Shown here in pieces: positions 1-11,650 of a stretch of 64,000 nt of DNA. The stretch is from Chlorokybus atmophyticus (taxonomy: Eukaryota > Plantae > Mesostigma and Chlorokybus algae): contig RHPI01002533.1 in NCBI GenBank assembly GCA_009103225.1, positions 833,368 to 897,367 of the forward strand. Reading direction: 5' to 3'. The number at the start of each line of letters is the position of its first letter. The stretch's first letter is position 1. Under the pieces are notes generated by a model. The model was not told where the DNA came from, did no database searches, and saw only the letters and a list, made by a program, of their open reading frames with translations. The translations under genes and the position numbers were made by a program.

Positions 1-731
1 GCACATGTAATTGTTATGCAATGTACGCAGCCTTGTTGTTGCAGCAGCTCTTGTCACACGAAAGTATGTGACAATCAACAAATCAGCTACGACGCGTGCA
101 CACAACACCTAAAGAGAGCAGGAGAAGGAGACAGAGCCGCACAAAATGGTAAGGGTGAGCAGTAGGATGGTAAAAATGAGAAGCCCAGCGTGATCGCAAG
201 TGACGCCTGCTCGGCTGTGAGCAATAAATGTGCCAAGCAGAAGGCACAAAAGCTGCAGGGTCGTCATGGATATACAGCAAACAACACAATGATGTGCCGC
301 ATGCTCACAACCAATAGCTGCCATGTCAAGTTGCTATCAATGGCAACTTCACATCTGAACAAACACTGTCTTGCCGTTAACGGCAAGAACGTTGGCCACA
401 ATCATTAGCTGGATCGTTATGCACACTGGCACACTCGCACGCTTACACACCCAAGCTCATGTATCCATTTTAAAAAGACTACACTACATACATGTGTTCT
501 TTAACCAAGTGATTGTACATCTCAACAAATGGCTCACTCAATCTACATTGCTGGTTACCTAACAAGGAGTAGCTGCGGTTAACAACTGACCGCTAACAAG
601 CAGTAGTAGCGAGCACCAAATCCATGAACATCCCATAGCAACTAACAAACTGACAACCAGCCCACGCCAGCTCCGCCGTCAACTCCACCGCCACCGCCGA
701 TGCTACCGCCGCCACCAAATCACCAAGCACA

Positions 732-732
<1 letters not shown>

Positions 733-764
<32 letters not shown>

Positions 765-768
765 CACA
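733..768. repeat. (CA)n microsatellite
   Basis: Direct: near-perfect CA run just left of the LTR-like segment. Confidence 0.9.
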
Positions 769-778
769 AAATACCTAA

Positions 779-985
779 TGTTACGGCTTAGATTGCGCGC
801 GCAGGGAGAGGAAACACACCCTAATCCTACAACCAAATTGCGGATTTGTTATAGTTAAACTTACAGTTTTAGTTATAAGTCATAAATATAACATATACAG
901 GTGACAAGTTGACTCACAAACCCTGTTTTACCTCATTAGGTCCCTGGCACGAAGGCCTTGATAGAATCCATCGCGGCCGTGACCC
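779..985 (-). mobile_element. LTR-like segment of a putative retroelement, abutting an assembly gap
   Basis: Direct: starts TGTTAC at 779. On the minus strand a purine tract (G-run/GGAGGGG) is followed by TCACGG...GCCGTAACA. Inference: polypurine tract plus 3' LTR. No matching second LTR or TSD found. Confidence 0.35.
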
Positions 986-1377
986 CTCCCCCCCCCCCCN
1001 NNNNNNNNNNNNNNNNNNNNNNNNNNNNNNNNNNNNNNNNNNNNNNNNNNNNNNNNNNNNNNNNNNNNNNNNNNNNNNNNNNNNNNNNNCCCCCCCCCCC
1101 CTCCCCGCGCGTTCCATTGACGCCGTGATGCCGACGAGACCGACCGGAATGGGTCGACGCCGACGACGCCTCGGCCACATACAAGGTGTGGCAGTGGACC
1201 ACCGATGACGCTAACGGCGACGTCGTCGGCGTCGCCGTGACCTGCGACACCGACCACGCCCAAATGGGGCAGTCCGTGGACATTTGTGACTTGAATAGGC
1301 CCCACCAGGCCCCACCCAACGTCGAGAGCGGATCACGCGCTACGCGTCACGTGAACACCGTGAGTCACGGTCCGTGA

Positions 1378-1620
1378 CCTCTCCGCACCACTGTCACGTG
1401 ACCCGTACACAACCCCAGAAATACTAGTCCCTTGCGCTCCCCTCCCGCGCCGCCACGTGGGCATGCGCGCATTGCCCCCTGATGCGCGCTAAGGATTGCA
1501 CGGACACACCAGGTCAGGCCGTGGCTCACACCGGACCAGACTAAGGTGGACTAGACCTGAGTAGACTAGACTAGACTAGACTGGAATTTACCGAACTGGA
1601 CTGGACTGGACGGATGTGTG
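1378..1620 (-). mobile_element. Putative LTR end + primer-binding site, with GACTA/GACTG pentamer repeats
   Basis: Direct: minus strand reads ...GTCACGTGACA-G-TGGTGCGGAGAGG (1378-1402); pentamer repeats at about 1545-1612. Inference: TG..CA LTR end followed by a tRNA-complementary PBS. Confidence 0.35.
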
Positions 1621-1976
1621 CACCAGGCCAGGGGCGGAGAGAATCCTCTGGATTGCTGTCTCATCAACAACAAGATTGTCACAAGCGTAAACGCTGGATT
1701 GTATGATGATAACTGTTGAGGGCGGATTGCAGAGACGAAGTTAGGGTACGTCAGTCCACCCCACCCCAGCCCAAGCCAAGTTGCTTTTTGGGCCATGGGT
1801 GTTCCAGCGAGCTTGAGGGAGTTAGGGTAGAGTCTTAAGAGCAGGTGTGCAATTGTACCATGTGGTTGATAGAAAGGAGTTGCTACCTCCAGGATCTCAT
1901 TGCTCGTGAGTACGCGCGTCCATGTTGCCAGAGCCTAGTATAGTTTGGCGGCATTTCTGTCCGCTTGCTATACTGG

Positions 1977-4278
1977 ATGGCGTCTGTCGCGCACACACGC
2001 GAGCAACACTCACCACCACCACCACTACAACATCCACTACAACACTCACTACAACATCCTCAGCAACTGCAGCAGCAGCGGCCGCGCACCTCCATTGCCA
2101 TTACTACTGCCGGCACAGAGGAGATGCACGTGGAAGCGCAGGATGCAGCCATCACGGTAAGAGTCTATTACATGGCAAATTGCACGTTACACAACATACT
2201 CACATGTCAATAAGCGTCGTATTTGGCTTGGGTATTGAAGTTGAGCTGCTAAGCTGATGCAATGCGAAAAAGGCATTGCTTGTCTAGTCCTTTCATGCAA
2301 TCATGCTGCCCGTTGTCGTTGGCAAGCACGGAACACAAAACATTTCTTGCGTCTACTCCCTTCAACTGGGCTTTGTTGTGGACGTGCAGCGCACGAGCAG
2401 CCGCTCCTCTATCAAGACCCTCGGTGACATTGCCATTGACCCCACCAACACAAGCAGGTTCGTAGTTACTCCGACCACAACAGCCACGCAAGCCAGCAGG
2501 TGCACACACACACCCAACATGACATGCCACGCCACGTGCGCAGTCGCCGCAACACCGTGCACAACATCGCGCGCGTCACCAGCGCCGGCGCCAAGGTCAT
2601 CACCAATATCCACACTAACAACAACAAGAACCAAGGAGGAGGACGAGAGAAGAGCCAACATGATCACGACGTGTCGATGTCAATGATCCGTCCGAGCACA
2701 TCGCTGCCGGACGTGCACGCGGCGTGGCAGTGGCGTCTGGCGCACCTCGTCGAGGAAGCGTGCCCACATGTTGCAAAGGGAAGGAGCGGGAAGGCGCTGT
2801 TCGACCAGATACTTGCAGTAAGACCATGGGGGTGCAAATGTGTTTGTGTGAGTTTGTGCATGCGTGCGTGCATGTGCGTGCATACGTGCGAGAGCGCACT
2901 GACTCACGGGTATGTGCACTTGTCGTCGTCAGCATAGGCGTGCATGTGTTGAGTCTTTGTGTGTGCGCACATACGTGTGCGCGCGTGCGTGCGTGCGTGC
3001 GTGCCTGCATGTCCCGTCAACGCGTGCACCGTTGTTGGTGCATGTGTATGTGTATGTGTGCACAAACTCGTCTTTACATGTGTGCGCGGGTCTCTATGTG
3101 CGTGTGCGTATGTCGTGAAAAATGTGCGCGCACAACAGAAACGGCAGTACTAGTGACGACGATGATGCTGATGCCAGTTAGAATTACCATCCTCGTCGAA
3201 GTCGTCATCATCCCACCAACATGATCATAAAGAACAGCATCATGCAGGCTCAAGAGAGGCGGGTACACACCTTGCAGCTCCAGTTCAACGCCCTGCGCTC
3301 GCAAGCCAACTGCAAACAAACCCACCTTGAGGCAAGAAACACCACACACACCAACAAACCACTCTACTCCGTGTCCCCCCGCACAACCAACCTGTTGTCA
3401 ACACCACACAGGAGCTGGAGAGTCAGGTGAAGGCTTATGCTATTGCCACAATGGCCGCGCTGCCCGTAACACCGCTGGCGCTGCCGTCAAGGTGTGACAT
3501 AGTAGCTATGTAGTGCCACAATGCATGTGTACAGACAGGTTGTTCATGGGTTTTTCTCATTGTTGTGTGGGTTTCAGGGCCAGTGTTGCCGCGGAGGACA
3601 CGTCGCTTGAGCTGAGTGACACACAATCCCGACCCGTGTCACGCGCGAACGTCATCAACGTAAGGACAACTGAGTACACGCAACACGATGATGATGATGG
3701 AGGTGACGTTTTTGTTGATGTTGGTGATGGTGCAGCAGGCGGTGGGCGATGAGGCGCAGCAGCGGCGGCAGTGGGAGGTGCTCGCCAAGTTGGACCAGGC
3801 ATGCATGATGAGACAATGATTCACTCTTTGTTTCCTCACCCTCTCAACCCAACAACAGCAATGTAAGCTCCTCTTGAGATTGAAGTGACAACTTGCTACA
3901 GATGGCGGAGCTGCAGGAGCGCGCGGAGATCGACATCGAGACCATGCGGCTGATGCTCGCGCGTGTCCAGGACGAGGTGAGTGTTGTCACCAAGAGTCGT
4001 TGTAACTACTGATGTGGTGGCACACATTGCCTAACATGTGTGTGTATGTGTGGTCAGAGGGAGGCCAAAAGTCACCACAACGCGGAGCTCGCAGAAGAGC
4101 TCAATGCCTGTGACAAGCAGGTGAGTGTTGTGTTATACGTAACAGCAGCAGTGGCTTTGGAATGGGATGCAAGTGACTTGACACTGTGCAGGTTTTGGAG
4201 CTGCGCGTGCGTGTGGACGAGGCCCTCAACAGCCAAAAGGTGCGCTTGTCTGCACGCGTGTGCGCATCGGCGCGCGCG

Positions 4279-4324
<46 letters not shown>

Positions 4325-7300
4325 ACTCATGTGCGTCTATCCCAGGCAGCGGACGCGCTTGTGGCGTCATGGGCTTCGGCCGCGCAGGCCAAGAGACGTG
4401 CCAGGGAGGGGCGACACCGCACCCTGGAAGCCTTCCTGCAGTAAGTACCATACAGCATGATGTTTGTGGCAGTTGGAACCGCATGTACACGTACAACAGT
4501 GCTATCGCCAGTAGCAGCGGCTAGCGGATACTGCCACAGGTCAGTGTGAATGTTGGTAGTAACCATACCAGCTTATGTGAATGCCCTACGATGCGTATTC
4601 AGTGGGTACAACCAGCACTCCTGCTGCGCAGCCTTATCAACAGTAATATTTCTGCCAGTTCAGATTTGGTAGCAATGTCACTACTTTCCAGAATACAGTA
4701 CCAGCTGCGTTACGTAACTACAGTATCAGCTGTACTGGTGATAATAGTTTCCAGCGCTTTGCTAGTACATCAGTAGTGCCATTGTTGGTGTTACCCGGTG
4801 CTAATGGTACCACCAACAACAGTCACCCTCGTACAGCAAACACATCAAGCAACATAGACCTGGCGGCAGCCTGCCAATATCAAGCCACAGTAGCAGTGCG
4901 GTACCGCAGTTGTAGCTTTGATACTGGTACCACTGTGCCATGTTGTCTCTCGGGGCAGTTACCGAGTTGAACAGGTATTCATACACTGTAGTGGTAGAAC
5001 CTAGACCAGGAGAAGGGGGCTTGAACCATTACACTGCAGTAGCAATTGTGTTGCAGTGCCCTGTGACTTACTTGACTTATTGTATGAGGTCATCACACCT
5101 TATGACCTCTGACACAACCCCATGACAGGATCTCCAACACGCCCGACAACGCCGAGTGGGACCACTTCCGTGAAAAAATGGCGCACTCAAGGTAAACACC
5201 ACCAGACCTTTACCTCAATCCTCTCCAACCCCCACCCCCCCAACACACACACACACACACACACACACTCCTCTACCCTAGAGCCGAGCTCACCAAGTAC
5301 GGCGAGTTGTCTTCCTGGGCCCTCCGCACCCACCGCGAGGCCGCCGCCGCCGCCGCGTCCTCCACTCTCCTTCGTCTCAACAGCACTCAGCAGCAGCAGC
5401 ATCGGATGAGCCGTCTCGCTAGCCGGGCGGGCAGTGATGCGGGAGACACGAGCGATTCACACAACGGGACAATGAGTGGGATGAGTGAAGGGGGAGGGGA
5501 ACCGATGGCGATGCAGGTGCTGAGCGAGAGGCTGAGTGTGGTGTCGACGACAGCCAAGTATGGGGAGGAGGCTGGATCGGTGAGTTGAGAGAGAGTTGGT
5601 TGGAGTAGTTCACTCGCTTGGGAAAGTGTGTGAGTTATTATGTGAGTTGAGTATGTGGTGATATGGTTGTAGGAGGTTGAGCAGGCGGTTGTGCCGCTGA
5701 CGCCCAACAGAGCAGGTGCGTTGGTGATACTCATGTGTGTGCGTGGCATGCTACGAGTTTCTGGATGAACGTCGGGCTGATTGGGGGTGGTGCTTCTTCT
5801 CTCTCTCTTTCTCCAGCTTTGATGTTTGAGGTGGAGCTCATCAGTCGGGCACGGGAGGCCGTGCGGCACGCGACTGGACTCGGTAGGCTGTGCGCGAGTG
5901 AGCATGTTGTGTACGTATATGGTATTCAAGCACGTGTGTGTGATGCTGAATTAACTTTCGGCCTTACAGAGTTGGACAACGCCGAGGGCATCTTGGCAGC
6001 CATGAATGCGGGCATCGAGCGCACCGCCCACCTCAAGCGCATCGTCAACGAGCGCAAGGTGGGTCCTTGCACACAACAACAACTGTTGTAATGACAACAA
6101 CAACCACGATGACGACAACGACAATGATGACAACCAGAACCTTTTGCAGGAAGCCGTCGGCGCCCTGGAAAAGGAGTTGCAGAGCTTGCAAGAACAGCAC
6201 ACAACACTGGCAACAGAAGCAAAGGTAAACAGCCCACATACACACTCTTCTTACGCGCTGCGGACTCCACTCCTGCCGGAGTAGACATTCTCACACATGC
6301 ACGCACGAACGCAAGCACCCACCCGCCCACCCACCCACCCACCCCACACCCACCCACCTCCCCCGCTTCAGGCCGAGGCCCGCGAGTTATGGGAGTCCAC
6401 TCGCGCTTCCATCCACTCCCTCGAGTCCCGCGTCTCCTCCGCCCGCGCGTCCGCCGAGTCGGTGGCCGCCCGCGCCGCCCGCGCGCGCTCCACCAACGCG
6501 GCCCTGACGCTGGGGATCCAGGCGCTGAGACAGCGGGTGTGGAACGTGTGCTCCACGAGGGGGAGCCCGCTGCCGTACGCGTACCTGAGGGACCTGCTGG
6601 GCGATATGCAGGGAGAGACGCCTGGTACATTAGATGCATAGACATATTCGCGTGCGTGTGTGTGCATGTGCATGCAGGCGTGCAGGCGTGTGCGCGTGTG
6701 CGTGCGCGCGCGCTTGCGCACACATACACACACACTCTTACACACTTCACCTCCTCCCCACAGGCGCTTCCTCTGCCACCGCCTCCGCGGGTACGTTGGG
6801 CGAGGCGCGCGCGGTTCGCCAGGCGGCTGAGGGTTTAGGGGAGGCCCTTGTGGCTGTGCTGGAGACCGCGCGGGCACGCCGACACACCATGCTCACCGCA
6901 CCCAGCGCATCGACACTCTCGGGAGCCAACGACAACATGTTGGGTGTTAATGTGGCTAAGGCAGGGGAAGGAGGAGGAGGAGGAGAAGGAGAGGGTGCAG
7001 CTGGAGGGCAAAGTGGGGGTGAGAGGGTGGACTTGGTTGGTGTTGGTAAGGTGGCGCTTGATAGGAGGAAGACTGTGGCGGTGGGGGGTGGAGTGGGTGG
7101 GGGTGGGGGTGGGGTGGTGAGGTTGGGGAGTGTTGGGGACGAGTTGAGGAGCTCGAGTCCGCGTGCGAGTGGACCCGGGGGAAGAACGCATCTCAGATCC
7201 ATGAGCTACGGGGTGCCTGCCGCGGGTGGTGGTGCTTTACAACAGCAACAGCAGCAGCACAGGCAACAACACCAACAACAGCACTCGCAGCATCAACAAC

Positions 7301-7883
7301 AGCACCAGCAACACCACTCTGCGCCTGCCCGCAGACGCATCGTGCACTTCCGAAAGTGAGCGTCTGCGTGTGTTCAAGTGTGCTCTCTAGCGATGTGTCT
7401 GTCTGTGCATGGGTGCGTTGTGTTCAACAATAAGTTGTTCTGTGTCTCTTTCTTCAGCTCGTCTGCGGAGGACAGCGATGGCGACGACGGAAGCGAAGAT
7501 GCCGACGACGCCTTCAGCGTGTTCTTGCCGCCCAGGCCAGCGACATCGTGGCAGCATGCGAGAAACAGGCCAATTGCAGATGAGGTGGGTGGGACAGTGG
7601 GCTTGCAAGTCACAACACGGCAGCATAGGAATTTCACACGCACACCAAGACACACACCCAGATATACAGGCACACACGCACAAGTGCACACGTGTATTTG
7701 CGTGCAGACGCACGCATGCGTTCAACAGTGCATATCTTGTTGTATCATACTGGCTATGGCACGCAGGTGTTGGATAGGTTGTCGCTGAAGCAGGCGTCGT
7801 GCGCTCTGGTACGGTTAAAGCAGCGTTCCAGCAACGGCAGGGAATCTTTAAGGTCTTCAGCCTTAACAACAACAATCACATGA
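1977..7883 (+). CDS. Large multi-exon coiled-coil protein of unknown function (~19 exons)
   Basis: Direct: ATG 1977 and a phase-consistent exon chain, e.g. 3182-3331, 3412-3426, MAELQERAEIDIETMRLMLARVQDE, EAVGALEKELQSLQEQHTTLATEAK, AEARELWESTRASIHSLESRV; stop at 7883. Heptad-like E/K/Q/L/A composition. No family recognised. Confidence 0.7.
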
Positions 7884-9744
7884 CACGCTCACATGACGCT
7901 GTTGATGACGAGTTTAAAACCTGCTTGAAAGAGATGGACTGTGTACATACACAAACGCAAACAGCTGAGATGCAATTGAAAGTCGAGGTTGACCAAGCCA
8001 GAAGAGCTCTTTTTCCTGTGCGTCTCTACGATATTAGAGTGCACTTACACTGGCTTCTTTTGCGCCAATACAAGGCCCAAATTTAAGCAGGTCGTAGTAG
8101 TACTATTTCAACATGCTTGAATTTACATCAACGCCAATCTTAATGTGTCAATGCTTATCATATGCCAATCATAATTGTTGGAATCCAGCTTCATTGGTTC
8201 AACTCGCTATTGTAATTGCTAATACTGTAATATTGGCGCCTAAACCACTAGGCTGTGGCAACGAAACTCGCTGCCACAGGAGAAGCCACATGTCAATAAT
8301 GCATGTCTGATAGCCATGTACGTGACATGCATAGAATGCATGCTATCCATGCTTGGTTGTTATCATGTCGCGCATTTTAACCTATCTGCAATAAGTTTAT
8401 TACTACATTATCGCCACGTCATTTGCAATATAAGAATGTTTGTATGAGACTTACATACTCGGATTAGGACAATACACAAATACATTGCACACATGTATTT
8501 GTGGTGCATCGTATGTTTTACATTGCGGGACGATAAATTGTCGATGGTAGCAATGTGCTCATTTAACAGCTTAAAGCAATTTTTACATATGTAATATAAT
8601 TTGTATGATCTGTACAAAATGTGCAATACATGTGATAAGTAAATAAGCAAGCAATTCGCTTAAGCGTCACACCAATTTGTGATGATATAAAATTACACAT
8701 GTTTGAAGTGTGAAATACATGTGATATGTAAATAAGCAGCTTTTGTAAGTTACTGCAAGTGAAGGCATAAGTTACACTATTGGCTGATATTATGCTTCAA
8801 TTATTGAACTGTTTTGATACCAAGCTGATGTTAAGTTTAACTGGCGCAATAAAGTTTTTTTTAATGCAAGTCGCTTGTGCATTTGCGTAGCTACACAATA
8901 TTATATGGTATGCACGTGCTGTTTGCAAATTACATAAACTATGGACAATGCATACAATTGGACCATAATTGCACTGCCCTCCATGAGGCTCCATCATCTA
9001 TGCACTCTAGTATCACGATTACACTGCATTAAGGTGATGGGATGGACAAACGTAGTCGTTGCAACCATGACTTCATGGAGGTTACCTATGTAAGCGCGTG
9101 GGGCTCCTTGCGCATACCGTGCCATCACGTGCCTGCCGAACATACCACACGCGGTTGGCATCCTGCAAGCGTGTGCTGCGCATGCGACAGATTGGACACA
9201 ACCTGCGTTCACTAAACCTCTACTACTGCTGGACTATAAAACGGAGAAGCGGTGAGCGGCCTCGCCTAATTGTGTCATGGCAGCCAACCGGCAGACAGCA
9301 GTGCTTCAGTGTACAGTGTGGCACGGTTCCTTTGTGGAAGTCCTGCCGATGCCGGCCTTGGTAGTAACAACAGCCGGTGCCATGCAGAACCTTATGTCAC
9401 CTTATGTTGAGATCATGGGGTTCACGCAACACATCACTGCACGCAGAAGAGTGAACGCCGTTCAGAAAATAGTTCTGTACACGTGTACGGACGCGCCGAG
9501 GTAGTCTTAACGGCTCATTGATTATGTAATGGAATCAGGCAGGAGGCGACTCAGGAGTCCTGACATGCTGTGCACTGGAGCCAGGCTGGTAAAGGCGAAG
9601 GTTCGCTGTAGACACATATACAATATATGCATAGATTTCTACGCGTGAAAATAATAAAACCCTGTAACGGCTAGGTCTACCGTGGCGAAAGGCCGTTGCG
9701 CCATACGAGTCTATGACATCATCGTGCGATTGCTCAGCCTTGCT

Positions 9745-9753
9745 TATATAAAG
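9745..9753 (+). promoter_or_regulatory. TATA box upstream of the SOD gene
   Basis: Direct: TATATAAAG about 200 bp before ATG 9950. Confidence 0.45.
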
Positions 9754-9949
9754 GGCCCAGGGCTTAGCGAGTGTCAACGTCTCGCTACTTGGTGTGCTGC
9801 GCAACTTCCCGAGGTGGCGGCGGCGACTGCATGCATAGTTGCTGAGGTGACTAGGGGGAGAGTGACAGCCTCATCGCTATCAGATCAGTGCATAGCAACG
9901 CCAGTGTTGACTGTGGAGCAGAGAGCTTACCAGTCCGGAGAGAGACGTC

Positions 9950-10855
9950 ATGAAGCACTCCACCCTTTTCCTCCTCGCCCTGGCACTGGGCCTGCTTGTC
10001 GCCGCCGCTGAGGGTCATGGGCGCCCTAGCAGACGCTACAGGTAAGCGATGACATCTCAACTCTTTTGATGCTATTGCTTAACAGCTGCATGCAGGACAA
10101 TTGGTCTCAATCTCAGCACACAGCCTGCTTGGCGCTGACGTTGCTGCATGTGTCTCATGTCTCACATACTCACCACAGGCAAGCGCTGGCTGCGATGACT
10201 ACAGGAGATGGAAGCGTGGATGGGTACGTGCTGTTCACCCAGCAGGCCGGCCGCAAGCCCTGCATTGTTGAAGCGTTCCTCACAGGCCTCACCCCCGGCA
10301 AGTAAGTAACAGGCTGAGTTCAACAAGTATATGCTTGTTTAAGTCAGTCGACTGTTAACGAGCAGCATCCATTGCAGCACAGCACAGTCCCGTGAAGTAC
10401 ACTGTCGCCGTGTACAACAGCCTATGACGTCCTTGTGCTATGTTGGTAATGTGCAGTGCTGTGCAAACGTCACCATCGTTATGACACACTGTCGTTGTGT
10501 GGTGCACAGACACGGCTGGCACGTGCACGAGTTCGGCAACCTGACTCAGGTCTGCAACTCAACTGGTAACCACTACAACCCGACAGGCTCTGTGCACGGC
10601 GACATCAATGAGATCCCCAGCCACGTCGGGGACTTGGGCAACCTTATCGCGGACGAGAACGGCAATGCAAACTTCACCGCATACGCCAGGCGGTTGCGTC
10701 TTACGGGAGGCCGATCCATCATCGGCCGAGCAATTGTGATTCATGGTGGAGAGGATGACCTCGGCCGAGGCGGCAATGCCACCAGCCTCATCAATGGCAA
10801 CTCTGGGGCGCGCATTGCTTGCGGAGTCATTGGTGTTCTGGACGTGCTGTTTTGA
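9950..10855 (+). CDS. SOD: Cu/Zn superoxide dismutase with N-terminal signal peptide (exons 9950-10041, 10179-10301, 10510-10855)
   Basis: Direct: HGWHVH, NHYNP, SVHG, SHVGDLGN, IVIHGGEDD and GARIACGVIG supply all Cu/Zn ligands, the disulfide Cys pair and the catalytic Arg. N-terminus MKHSTLFLLALALGLLVAAAEG. Splice phases checked. Confidence 0.95.
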
Positions 10856-11650
10856 ACAAGTTGAGCGCAGGGCTAGCTTAGTTAACAAACGAGAGAAACA
10901 TAAGTTGGTAGGGATTGATCCCTTATTGACATGGTGTACTCGTTGACCGTTGAGGTCGTTAGACTATTGTAGAGTTGACCAGGCAGTACGAAAACACAGG
11001 TTGTTTGCCTATGCACATTGAGTTGGCCAGAATGTCCCACTTGCCGCATCATGTTGGACACTTGCTTAGCCAGGCATGGTAAAGCTGGCCTTGCAATCCA
11101 TGGTGCTGTGTCTACTCATGTTGGGATGCAGCTATGGCAATGTCGAAGACTACTCTGGTCGCACAACTGCATGGCTACTTGTGAGTGTAAGGTGAACCAT
11201 TACTTTAGGGTCGACGACACTACCTCCTCAGGACAGGCTGTGCACACATGCAACACCGCAGGTTGGTCAATGCGTCTTTTGTCTTTGTACTGTGTGCAAA
11301 CCAAACCCTTCCGCAATGACAAGGTGAAGGGCGAGGTGGTGAGGCCAAAAAGTGTACATGGTGTGGGTGTCACCACTGGTGACTGACCTGTACACAATAC
11401 TACAGATGCCAAGGCATGACTGAAATTTCAGTCAATACCTGGATTATCGTTCTGGAAGCAATAGCTTGGTTTCTGAACTCAGCTTGGGGGTTACCTACAT
11501 ACTCCAGGGGGTTCTTTGTAAGTGTTAAGTACTACTCCAGTCTATCGATACTTGTATACACATCATCCCCCTGCTAGCCATTCATGTATTGCATGCGCCT
11601 GCAACAGCTATCTGCAAGCCACGGTGAAGGAACCGAGCACTAGGGCAGTG

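Noticed and set aside
1-720. Minus-strand gene start leaving the window
   Set aside because: A GC-rich leader and hydrophobic ORFs are present, but there is no recognisable motif or verifiable splice chain.
909-1377. ORFs spanning the first N gap, and possible integrase or chromodomain remnants
   Set aside because: They run through unknown bases; resemblance to GPY/F or chromodomain motifs is too weak.
9305-9490. GTAC copper-response elements upstream of SOD
   Set aside because: A few scattered 4-mers are expected by chance at this spacing.
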